Below, piece by piece: positions 39,540 to 50,141 of a stretch of 64,000 nt of DNA. This stretch comes from Octopus bimaculoides (lineage: Eukaryota), in NCBI RefSeq assembly GCF_001194135.2, contig NC_068984.1:140895861-140959860 (forward strand). The letters run 5' to 3'. Numbering within the stretch: position 1 is the stretch's first letter; each line of letters opens with the position of its first letter. Both the position numbers and the translations under genes were made by a program. A model generated the notes under the pieces. That model worked only from the letters and a program-made list of their open reading frames with translations, was not told the DNA's origin and made no database searches.

Positions 39540-41330
39540 GTCCATCCTGTGTATGTGTCCCAGCCAACATAAATTTCTATCATTGAGGATTTGCCATATT
39601 TTAACATGTATAAGGAATCCTCTTCTATGAAAAATAGGTTAAAAAAATATAGGAGTTTCTTATACATGGATAGTATTATAATCCCTTACAAAACCTTTTT
39701 TCCAAATTTTAAGCCCCGCCAAAATATGTTACATTATAGGAGGCAGGTCAGCAGGCTGTAGAGTCTCTTCATTCTTGATCTTGTCTAGGTGAGTGATATT
39801 TATAATTTGTTGCTGTTGTCTCATTATGTATGCATGTAACTAGTCTGCTTCAGATTTGTAGACTGTCCAGGTTGTTCTGATGGTCCCGGTTGTGATTGGT
39901 TTACTTTCTCTACATATTTCACTAAAACTCACATTGTCACTGATGAATATTGTGACACATTCAAATATCTCTGGCATGACATTTATACTTGGTTAAAGTT
40001 TGTAAGCTTCCTTGTAAAAATCATTTTTCTTCCACTAATGCTTTCTCATATACCTTGTAGGTCTTTATCTGTCAGTGATTGCGAACTTTTAATGGGTTCT
40101 AAAATGATTTTTCACTTAAATATTTCAGTTCATAATTATATGCATTTGCCTTCATCACTATTTTACATCAACGATAGCAAAGTAAATATATATATTCTTG
40201 ACACGTGCTGAACTTAACTCCATTGAGATTTATGCCGTCCTTCAATAATTTGTGTATAATCCCCACCTCACCAAAAAGATCTTTTAATTTAGACATGTTT
40301 TCAGACTCTATAATTCTGTAGCTGCCATTGCGAAGAAATAAGTGCACCAAATCCTGACAGACATATACTCCAGCACTTGTCAACGAAACAGTTCAAAGAC
40401 TTCAGACACCCATGGGACTTGATAACAAACTTATCTCGCAAAAATTCCATCCCACGACATATATCTTTTAAAAATGAAAATCCAAGTTTCCATCCAATTG
40501 CAAAAGTTTCTTTGGCAAGTATATCTGAAATACTTCCCTTGACAGCAATTTCCATGAACAAGCAGACATTAGGACAAGTCAAACAGCATCCATCATATTG
40601 GATTAAATTACAATGTCTAGTTTCAGTTGACTTAACAACCATGTCTGAAATAACCTTTTTATCATCTGGAGAAACTGTCTTACTTTTAATATTTTTCACA
40701 TACTGGGCAATGAGCTGGTAGAATTGTTAGTACACTGGGCAAAATGCTTAGCGTTCTGAGTTCAAATTCTGCCGAGGTTGACTTTGCCTTTCATCTTTTC
40801 GGGTTCGATTAAATAAGTACCAGTTACGCACTGGGGTAGATGTAATCAACTTAATCCCTTTGTCTGTCTTTGTTTGTCCCCTCTATGTTTAGCCCCCTGT
40901 GGGTAATAAAGAAATAAATACTTTTCACATATCAGTTCTGATCTTTCCCTCCTTAAACTGCAACCTCTTTCTGAATAATACCTGCATGCTGCTTCGTCAT
41001 AATTAATTGCTCAAAAATAATAATTGTATTTTATTCAATCATCCATTCGTTACAGCTCACCTTTTTGGTCTTCCAGTTTAAGATTGATATCATGAAATAT
41101 AAGATACCAATCAAAAGAATCGCTTCAATAAATGACAGAATTACGAAAAACATAAATACAAATCTAACAAGACTTGCTAATGGCTGCTGCAATGTTGCAT
41201 TTGTGTAAATTCAGTTTTACTCATGTGCCAAAACAACAATGCACACATTCTGGAAAGTGGGAATGGAGTGTCCAGTAGAGCTGTTGCGAAAATGTTTTCC
41301 ACTTTGGCATGGCCAGAATCATCAGGTAAG
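39540..41330 (-). pseudogene. Decayed intronless receptor (transmembrane) guanylyl cyclase copy
   Basis: Collinear motifs: LYW...FPECVHCCF (juxtamembrane), hydrophobic TM FVFMFFVILSFIEAILLIGILYFMISIL + WKTKK, kinase-homology RHCNL...KGSISDIL...DICRGMEFL...SHGCLKSLNCFVD..W, ALVEEK, and cyclase VMPEIFECVTIFISDNVSFSEICRESKP...VYKSE..*.HAYIM. Many stops and frameshifts, no introns, and a SINE B insertion at 40703-40921 with TSD ttttcacata. Confidence 0.85.
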
Positions 41331-43139
41331 TATTAGATAGTTGAAAGGAACAAATAGCATAGTACCATAGGCTGCAGGTAGTAAAGTTCCAGGAGTTTCA
41401 ACAAAACCTATCGGCACAAAGTCTGAAATTTTGCAGGAGAGAGCTGGTTGATTGCATCAATCCCAGTGCATAACTGGTACTTATTTCAAAGGATAAAAGT
41501 CAAAGTCTACCTCGGCAGAGTTTGAACTCAGATTGCAAAGATGGATGAAATGCTACAAAGAATTTTGTCTGGCATGGTAATGATTCTATCAGCTCGTTAC
41601 CTTAATAATAATGATTAAAACAAGATAAAAACGAATTTAATAGTTTTAACTTTAAAGAATTAACTTTTGGTAAAAACAGTGAATTGTTTCAAATAATTTC
41701 ACTTCTACTTCAAAATGTCTGTTTTAATGTCAGAATCTGTGTAATTAGTTTAAAATGGTAAATCTTGGAATTAATTTTGAGAAAACAACAGATGAACCTT
41801 TAGTTTGTAATGAGAGGATTATGGGGTCAGGTTTTGGAAAGGTTGTTGTTAAGAAATCCTTGATTTTGATGCGTTATCTGGCATCAAATAACAGCTTGAC
41901 AACAATGGGCGTCACAGGAATGTATTGTTGCTACATGGTTGCATCTGTGAGACATGGAATATGATACCACATGGATGTATGGCTACTGCATGTAGGGTCA
42001 CTGCAGAGATGGATTACTGCTACATGAATGTATGGCTGTTACATGGCTATATTGTCGGTAGTATGGCTGTATACTGGCAGCGAATTTGGAAAATAAAGGA
42101 AAGAAAAAGCATTGGAGTCTTGAATAAAATGTCTGAAAGTATTTATTCCACCTCTTTATGTTCTGAGTTCAAACCCTGTCAAGGTAAATTTTGCATGTCA
42201 TTCGTCCAGTGTCATAATGATAAAATACTATTTAAGCCCATCCACCCATCTTCTCCACCTGCCACCCTGGGAGTGTTATAGGGGTAGAGTCCTCAGGCAC
42301 CTCTTTCAGCTGAGTGAAATCCTTTCTCTGTTCAGTCTTCACACCCTTGACCCAACAGGGGCTGAGTTCCTTTCGAGTGTTGGGCCTCACGGAGGCAATG
42401 CCTGAGACCTTTGGCATTATGTTGTACTTGGGAAGAAGACCCATGAAGCCAAGCAAAATCGTAGTCTTGGCAGATTCTGGTATCATGCAAATGACACCCA
42501 TGCCAGTAGCACACATGTAAAAGCACCCACTACACTCTTGGAGTGGTTGGCATTAGGAAGGACTTCCAGCTGCTGAAAACCATGCCAAATCAGACTGGAG
42601 TCTGGTGCAGCCTTCCAGCTTACTAGCCCTGGTCAAAACTGTCCAACCCATGCCAGCATGGACAACGGATGTTGAATGATGATGATGATGATGATGATGA
42701 TGGTGAAGGATTTTAAATTTTGGTACAAGACCTACAAATCTGAGGGTTAGTCAACAAAATCCGATCCAGAACCTGAACAGGGAATCAAGAATGCTTTGAA
42801 GAAACTAAACACAAGGTTGATGTGGTGGTGGTGGTGGTGGTGGTGGTGGTGGTGGTGATGGTGGTGGTGGTGACAGTGGTGGTAAAGTGGCATTGGTGTT
42901 GGAGGTGGAGTGTTGGTAGAGTGGTATAGCGTTTGTGGTGGTGTAATGATGTTTGTGTAGTGGTGTTAGGGGATGGGGGTCGTGTCAGCAGATGAAGGGA
43001 TTTCTTACAAAAGCAGTGTGTTCCTTCTTTTCTCTTCCATTTCTTTATGCTTTATTTTTACCCTTTGGCCAATTCAACGTTTTCTTTGCACTTCTAAAGA
43101 ATATTTTCCTGGCTGTCTGTCTGTCTGTCCTTGTCACTC

Positions 43140-43166
43140 TGCCTATCTGACAGTGTGTGTGTGTGC

Positions 43167-43199
<33 letters not shown>

Positions 43200-43264
43200 A
43201 GACTATGTTTCCTTATTTTCCTCACCTTAAGTCATTGTTTATTTGTTATCAATCTATCTGTCTC

Positions 43265-43308
<44 letters not shown>

Positions 43309-43740
43309 GACTAGATATTTTGCTGTCTGTATTCCTGTCTATCTTAGTCTTTCCATCTCTTTTTCTCTCTGTCTGTCTGTCTGCCTCTCTATCTGTCTGT
43401 CTGTCTCTTTCTCTCTCTGTCTGCCTGCCTTCCTGTCATTCTATCTGTCTACCTATCTGCCTGTCTGCCTGTCTGCCTGTCTGCCTGTCTGACTGTCTGC
43501 CTGTCTGACTGTCTGCCTTCCTGTCTGTCTGTCTGCCTTCCTGTCTGTCTGTCTGCCTTCCTGTCTGTCTGTCTATCTGTCTGTCTGCCTTCCTGTCTAT
43601 CTATCTATCTGTCTGTCTGTCTGTCCGACTGTTTGACTGTCTGACTGTCTGTCTGTCTTTATGTATGTATGTATGTATATCTATCTATCTATTTCTATCT
43701 ATCTATCTATCTATCTATCTACCTATCTATCTAGAGCTAC
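43140..43740. repeat. Compound microsatellite block (GT, CT, CTGT, CTAT)
   Basis: Directly visible. Comparable simple-repeat blocks (TA, CA, GATA, ATT, GGT, CAT, TACA) occur throughout, often bordering N gaps. Confidence 0.95.
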
Positions 43741-44652
43741 TGCCTGTCTGTTAGGCCCAGCTTAGTTGACAATCCATTTGTCTGACTTTCTCTGTTATTC
43801 ACCTCTCTCTCTCTCTCTCTCTCTCTCCTCCTCCTCCTCCTCTTTCTCTGTCTATCTCTTTATCTAACTATCTATTTCTGTCAAGCTTTCTCCTTTTTTC
43901 TCTTCCTCCCTTTCTCCTCTCACCACCTCTCTCCCTTATTTTTACCTTATTCCCCCCCTCTTTTTATTTCCTCTCTCTCTGTCTCTCCCTTTCCCTCTTC
44001 CTCTCCCTCTCGCTTCCCTATTCCACATCAAATGGTATCCCAAGTATTTATCTTTTATAGTAGTTATTTCATAAGACTTCCACAACCCTCACCTTCCCAC
44101 CATCTTACCCATCCCTACCACCACCACCACCACCACCACCACCACCACCACTACAACCACCAACAGAACACAATGTCTGCTGCTGCTGCTGGCTTTAATA
44201 ACAACACTGCACATATTTTCTCCTTGCACTTTTTATGCATACACCCACACTACCATCACTATCACCCCACCACTGGCACCACCGCCACCACCATCACCAC
44301 CACCACCACCACCAGTGTTGCCCACCACTACCACTGCTACCACCATCAACAACAACACCATCATTGAGAGGCAAAGAAGTAGCTTCTATACGGTCGACTG
44401 ATTTGCTGGAAATAACAGCCAAATATTTCCCAAATCTCTCCCTTCTCTGTCTTTAANNNNNNNNNNNNNNNNNNNNNNNNNNNNNNNNNNNNNNNNNNNN
44501 NNNNNNNNNNNNNNNNNNNNNNNNNNNNNNNNNNNNNNNNNNNNNNNNNNNNNNNNNNNNNNNNNNAAAAAAAAAAAGATGGAATAAGGGCTAATATAAA
44601 GTGGAGTTGGGCCATCTGTAAAAGAGTGCATGGAAGGGTTTGATAAGTTTAA

Positions 44653-44872
44653 CCCTTTCATTACCAACCTGGCTGAAACCACCTCTGGCTCTGAGTACAA
44701 ATGTCTAGATTTCATAAGTTTTGAATTAAAATCTTCCACCAAACCTTAGTCACAATTTATGTTCCTAAAACTAGTTTAATGATAACCAAGTTATTTTACT
44801 AAATTCTTTGTTATATTTAAAGTAATTGAAAGAAACACAGAGCATCTCAACAGAAATACGGTAGCGAAAGGG
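44653..44872. mobile_element. piggyBac-type MITE
   Basis: TTAA|CCCTTTCATTACC ... GGTAGCGAAAGGG|TTAA: TTAA TSD and an 11/13 TIR. Confidence 0.85.
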
Positions 44873-45353
44873 TTAAATGGCATGGGCAGTATAGAATGAA
44901 GATGATGCCTGAAAGTAGAGCTACAGTCATCATAGCGATTATCGAACGATTCTGTAGTAAACTAATTGCTGCTAACACATACTATTATTTTTAGGATTCA
45001 GTGTAGGTGGGCCATTTATTTACTCCATGGCTCTTTACAGAGCTTTCATAATTGGTAAGAGGAAGTGAGTAAGTTCTTCTCATTCAGGAGATCTGACACA
45101 AATGCTGGTATTTGAGTGGACTCAGTTAAAGATACCCAACAATAAATTCAAGGGGTTAAACGAGGCAATGAGCTATGTCTACAGCCCTGTTGTCCGGAAC
45201 AAAGATGACCCCTCTGACAGCTAGCTTCTTCACAGCTTTGTGTTTACCAAATTCATATTACTTTGGTAATATGGAAGATTCTTGGCCAAGGATCCATTCA
45301 CTGAGACAGAACCTACAATCATGCATTCTATTGTTGCAGATGCATATGGTACC

Positions 45354-45930
45354 CAGGGCCGTTGCTAAGCTCCTGCAAACCCTGCGGTTGCAAGGGGCCT
45401 CTGCAGTTGAGGGGCCCCATGTTAAGACCAAAGTCATCTATTTACTTTGGTTAAGATGTTGAACAAGAATTAAACTATGTTAACTGAAAATTTCAAGAAA
45501 TAAAATGGTTATACATTGTACTTGCAAAAGTTCTTGTAAAAATATTGTATTTTACCATAAAAGTGTACCAGACTTTGTGGATTGTCTCTGATATATATTG
45601 AACACGAACTTGGCTTTTGGCTTGATTACTCTGAACTGATTGATAATTTTCGCAAAGCGAAAAATGCACCATGTTTGTCTTTGAAAGCTGCCTGGATTAT
45701 AAAAGTGCTCTTTTATTCATGTCTGGAAGTTTTACTTATTGAAATTTGTAATAAACCTAAATAAATTCAACTTGTATTTTTAGAGATGTTCTTTAGAATA
45801 ACGAGAAATATTGAATTAAGTAAAATATAGCTATGAATAAAAGGTGTGTAGATTATGAATTTTGATGGAAGGGATGGGGCCTTGAAACAAAAAGTTGCAG
45901 GGGGCCTCTAAAAGTCACATGATGGAGCTG
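45354..45930 (+). mobile_element. hAT deletion derivative retaining transposase C-terminus
   Basis: 8-bp TSD atggtacc / atggtatc with CAG termini. SLIYIEHELGFWLDYSELIDNFRKAK resembles the C-terminal motif of ZMYM1-like hAT transposases. Confidence 0.7.
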
Positions 45931-46300
45931 ATGGTATCCCAACTGAACACAACTAGAAGACTGCCATCTTTTAGTAGTTTCGGGTAGTAAGGAATGTAGA
46001 CTCTTGCCTCTCACAATATAGGAACATTTCTTATGGCACCAGCAGACAAAATAGAGATGGTGTTGCCTCATAGGATAGCGAGGAAGATGCACTGGAACAG
46101 CCACTTTGAATCATAGGGCTCGCACATGTGGATAGCAATCTCTGCTCTGATAGCAGTGAGCAGGGATATGGTCTGAGGGCCAAGAATGCTGGAGGTCTCA
46201 ACTGCCACTGGCTTGACCATAAATCTCTTGGAGAGTGACCGATACTTATGTTTTTTTCTCAACCTGACGAGCCTGGGCTGGTAGCTGAAAACACCAAGTT
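45931..46300 (-). mobile_element. CRE-clade-like non-LTR retrotransposon C-terminal fragment
   Basis: KKHKYRSL...F.VKPVAVETS.ILGP...WLFQCIFLAIL*GNTISIL matches K..KY..L...P.AVET.G..G...LFQR.S.A.QRGNA. Confidence 0.7.
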
Positions 46301-46315
46301 GCCACTGGAGATGGT

Positions 46316-46581
46316 GTCATTTGACTGCGGCCATGCTGGAGCACCGCCTTTTAGTCGAGCAAATCGACCCATGGACTTATTCTTTGGAAGCCTAGTACTT
46401 ATTCTATCGGTCTCTTTTGCTGAACCGCTAAGTTATGGGGATGTAAACACACCAGCATCGGTTGTCGAGTGATACTGGGGGGACAAACACAGACACACAA
46501 ACATATACACACACATACATACATATATATATATATATATATTTCTCCACGTGCGGTTAACACAACCCCACTATTTACTGA

Positions 46582-46661
<80 letters not shown>

Positions 46662-46808
46662 TACGATGGGCTTCTTTCAGTTTCTGTCTACTAAATCCAC
46701 TCACAAGGCTTTGGTCGGCCTGAGGCTATAGTAGAAGACACTTGCCCAAGGTGCCACGCACCTTGTGGTTGGTAACCAAACTGCTTACCATACAGCCACT
46801 GCTGCACC
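46316..46808 (-). mobile_element. SINE family A, near full length
   Basis: Both halves are present. Further copies at about 24122-24276(-), 33961-34414(-), 52050-52331(-, internal deletion), 61246-61408(-), 62326-62577(+) and 63441-63953(+). Confidence 0.9.
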
Positions 46809-47295
46809 TACTGTATATATTTTTTATTATTTTTATAATTTGTATATATTTATTTCATTATAAATGCAAAACAACACCACACACTCGCCTCCTGAGTTTC
46901 GTTTTCCATACTACTGTATGTATGATTCTTTGGTTACTCATCTATGGTACAGTATTATTTTCTTTTAATATATTTTAATTAATGTGTTATACAGTGCAGT
47001 GTAGTAATAGATTTTTTATTTATTAATTTATTAATTTTTAGGTGTGAAAATGCTCATTTTACCACAGAAATAATTAAAATCTAAAAGAATATAAATACTT
47101 ATTGGACGCAGAAGCCTGCAATATTCTGAGAAGTCTGCAATATAAATTTTCATATATTAGCTGGAAAAATCCGCAATGTATTGAGGGCGCAACAGGTGAA
47201 CTGCAATGTACCGTATGATTACATATATACATACATATGTACAACAAACACTACAAATGTACAGAAAATAGACTCCATCAAATGCTGGCGGGGAA

Positions 47296-47396
47296 AGCTT
47301 CTGTTATCTAGGTGGTCAAGTTAGTAGTGGAGGTGGATGCTCTGAGAGCATAGCTGCTAGAATAAGAATAGGTTGGGCGAAGTTCAGAGAGCTCCC
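47296..47396 (+). mobile_element. RTE-clade LINE RT fragment
   Basis: SFCYLGGQVSSGGGCSESIAARIRIGWAKFRELP matches F.YLG.....G.C..EI..RI..AW..F..L. Confidence 0.75.
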
Positions 47397-47682
47397 ATGC
47401 CAGTGGCATGTAAAAAACACTGTCTGAACATGATCGATGTCAGGCCCGCCAAACTGGCGCCAGTGCTGGTGGCATGTAAAAAGCACCAACTACACTCTCA
47501 GAGTGGTTGGCGTTAGGAAGGGCATCCAGCTTTAGAAACATTGCCAGATCAAATTGGGGCCTGGTGCAGCTGCTGGCTCTCAAGACCTGAGTCAAACCGT
47601 CCAACCCATGCCTGCATGGAAAACGGATGTTAAATGATATTGATAATGATGATGATGAATCTATGTGGAAACCCATTGTATA

Positions 47683-47714
<32 letters not shown>

Positions 47715-47923
47715 AGTGCATGCATGTGCCTGTGTGTGTGTATTTGTCCTCGCCAAACTATGTTGGTTTGTTTACATCCCTGTAACTTAAGAGTTCGTAA
47801 AAGAGACAGCTAAAATAAGTACTAAACTTAAAAAATAAGTTCTGGGGTCAATTTGTTCAACTAAACCCTTTGAGATGGTACCTCAGTATGGCCACATTTC
47901 ATTGACTGAAACAAGTGACAGAC

Positions 47924-47956
<33 letters not shown>

Positions 47957-47976
47957 TGTATGTATATATATATGTA

Positions 47977-48007
<31 letters not shown>

Positions 48008-48309
48008 TTGTGTGTGTGAGTATAGAAAACAGTTTTTCATTTAGATATACTTTGAGTATATGTCATATTTTCATATGAGTTCCTTGTAATTTGTTAACGA
48101 CAACCAGCTTTCCTTCATCTATTTCCAATGTTTCTAGACTTTCACATTCTCATCTTTTGGATGAAGTGATGTTGGTGTTTGGTGTTGTCTCTCTCCCATC
48201 CTCCCTCTCTCACATCCTCCTTCTCTCTGTGTGTAGAGAGAGAGATTGATAGAAAGACAAATAGATAGACACATAGATTGACAGATGGCTAGGCAGACAG
48301 ATAAACAGT

Positions 48310-48346
<37 letters not shown>

Positions 48347-48420
48347 GGAGAGATAGATATAAATAGATTGATAGACTAATCAATAGATAGATAGATAGAT
48401 AGATAAATATAGATCGATCA

Positions 48421-48461
<41 letters not shown>

Positions 48462-48610
48462 TGTGTATTTCTTCTATCTTAATGAATAAAAATTCTTCTG
48501 ATAGAATANNNNNNNNNNNNNNNNNNNNNNNNNNNNNNNNNNNNNNNNNNNNNNNNNNNNNNNNNNNNNNNNNNNNNNNNNNNNNNNNNNNNNNNTATAT
48601 ATATATATAT

Positions 48611-48847
48611 ATAAGAATTTAAGGAATGGAGAAAACGCATGTTATAATTGCATACTTTATTCCTACATATGTTTCAAAGGATTACAACCTGTGTGATCCA
48701 TAGGGATCTTTGATATTAAAATTGTAACCTTCTCGTCAGGGAAAGCATGGGAATCATCTTAAACGTAAGACATTATGACCGACTATGAAAACAATAGATG
48801 GATAAGTATGCAATTATAACATGCGTTTTCTCCATTCCTTAAATTCT

Positions 48848-48850
<3 letters not shown>
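48611..48850. mobile_element. 240-bp foldback element with perfect 47-bp TIRs in a (TA)n tract
   Basis: 48611-48657 is the exact reverse complement of 48804-48850, with a hammerhead in the spacer. Confidence 0.85.
48660..48743 (-). ncRNA. Type-I hammerhead ribozyme motif with extended stem II
   Basis: UUCC-CUGACGA-GAAGGUUACAA...UUGUAAUCCUUU-GAAAC-AUAU-GUA/GGAA, with palindromic ACAUAUGU in stem III. Confidence 0.8.
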
Positions 48851-48883
<33 letters not shown>

Positions 48884-49008
48884 TAAATAGATAGATAGAT
48901 AGATAGATCACTCAATAGATTGATAGATAATGGAGAGACAGATATAGACAGATAGATAGTTAGATAGATTGATGGGTGGGTAGGTAGGTAGGTAGGTTGG
49001 TAGGTAGG

Positions 49009-49061
<53 letters not shown>

Positions 49062-49604
49062 GTTGCATCATTTACATTACCACCAAGAATTATTAGAGGG
49101 ATGTTCAGCTAGTAAATGGGTTCAGGTCCGGGAGAGCCTGAAAGCGGATCGGTCGATACATACTGGAACCCTCCCTAAAAACGAAAGCTCCACACCCTCA
49201 AATTTTGAGACTTCCCACTCATCATCATCCGAAAAGTTATTCCACCTGCCAAATTTTCCCCAAGGTCCACGATCTCAGTAAGTTATAAGTTTCTCAACTT
49301 GACATAATGGAAGTCTTTCCTATAACTATTAAAAGTTATCACTGAGAAATGGAAATTTCGTTTACTAGTTCTACTACTACAAACACACCACCACCACCAT
49401 TACTATTATTAGTACTAGTACAATCACGACTTTATTAGTCCAATGGTTATTACCCCCACAGTACATTATCGTTCCTTCCACCACCTCCACTATTATTAGA
49501 ACCACCTCCACTATCATTAGAATCACTACCACTACCACTAGAACCACTATTACACCACCACCACCACCACTATCATTTGCTCCGACTCTGTTGCCGGTAT
49601 GAAC

Positions 49605-49930
49605 GTCACATGACGTATACAAACCGGTCATATGACGTCAACACCAACACATTCTTTGTGCGCGTGTGTGTGTGTGTCTCTCTCTCTCTGTCTCCCTTTC
49701 TATTTACCACTCTCTCTTTCTCTCTCCCCCTCTTTCTCTCTCTCTCATTTAATCTGAGCTCCGTCTCCACCACTATCGTTACTGTTTGAAGTCACATGAC
49801 TTCTAGTCTCTAACAGTTTGCGAGAAAGTAAGAGGGGGGAAAGTCAGTGCGCGCGCGTACGTATGTGTGTGTGTGTGTGTCAGTTGATAACAATAGTATA
49901 CATACGCGTTTGCACGCGTGTGCGTTAGTG
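49605..49930 (+). promoter_or_regulatory. Putative promoter: two GTCACATGAC elements, a perfect CRE and a CpG-rich patch
   Basis: GTCACATGAC at 49605-49614 and 49791-49800, TGACGTCA at 49633-49640, and locally dense CpG at ~49845-49930, immediately upstream of a Kozak-like ATG. Confidence 0.5.
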
Positions 49931-49970
49931 TGTTCGAGTTGTCTCATTTCCACCCTCATCGCATAACAAC

Positions 49971-50141
49971 ATGTCAGCCGTCGATCTGAGTAGACTGAGG
50001 CCAAGTGAATCTTCACTTCAAACCGATCAAAATGGCAATGGTAACACTACCAACGATATGGAGGATATATACGATGAAGATGTGTCTGAATTAGAGGTGG
50101 GTAAGAAAGATTGGTCACAGATGAACTGGAAACTATCTCAG
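49971..50141 (+). CDS. Probable first coding exon of an unidentified gene (57 aa, MSAVDLSRLRP...DWSQMNWKLSQ)
   Basis: caacATG start context, a non-repetitive open frame, and a strong phase-0 donor CAG|GTAAGA at 50141/50142 followed by pyrimidine-rich intron-like DNA. An alternative donor GG|GTAAGA lies at 50100/50101. Confidence 0.6.
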
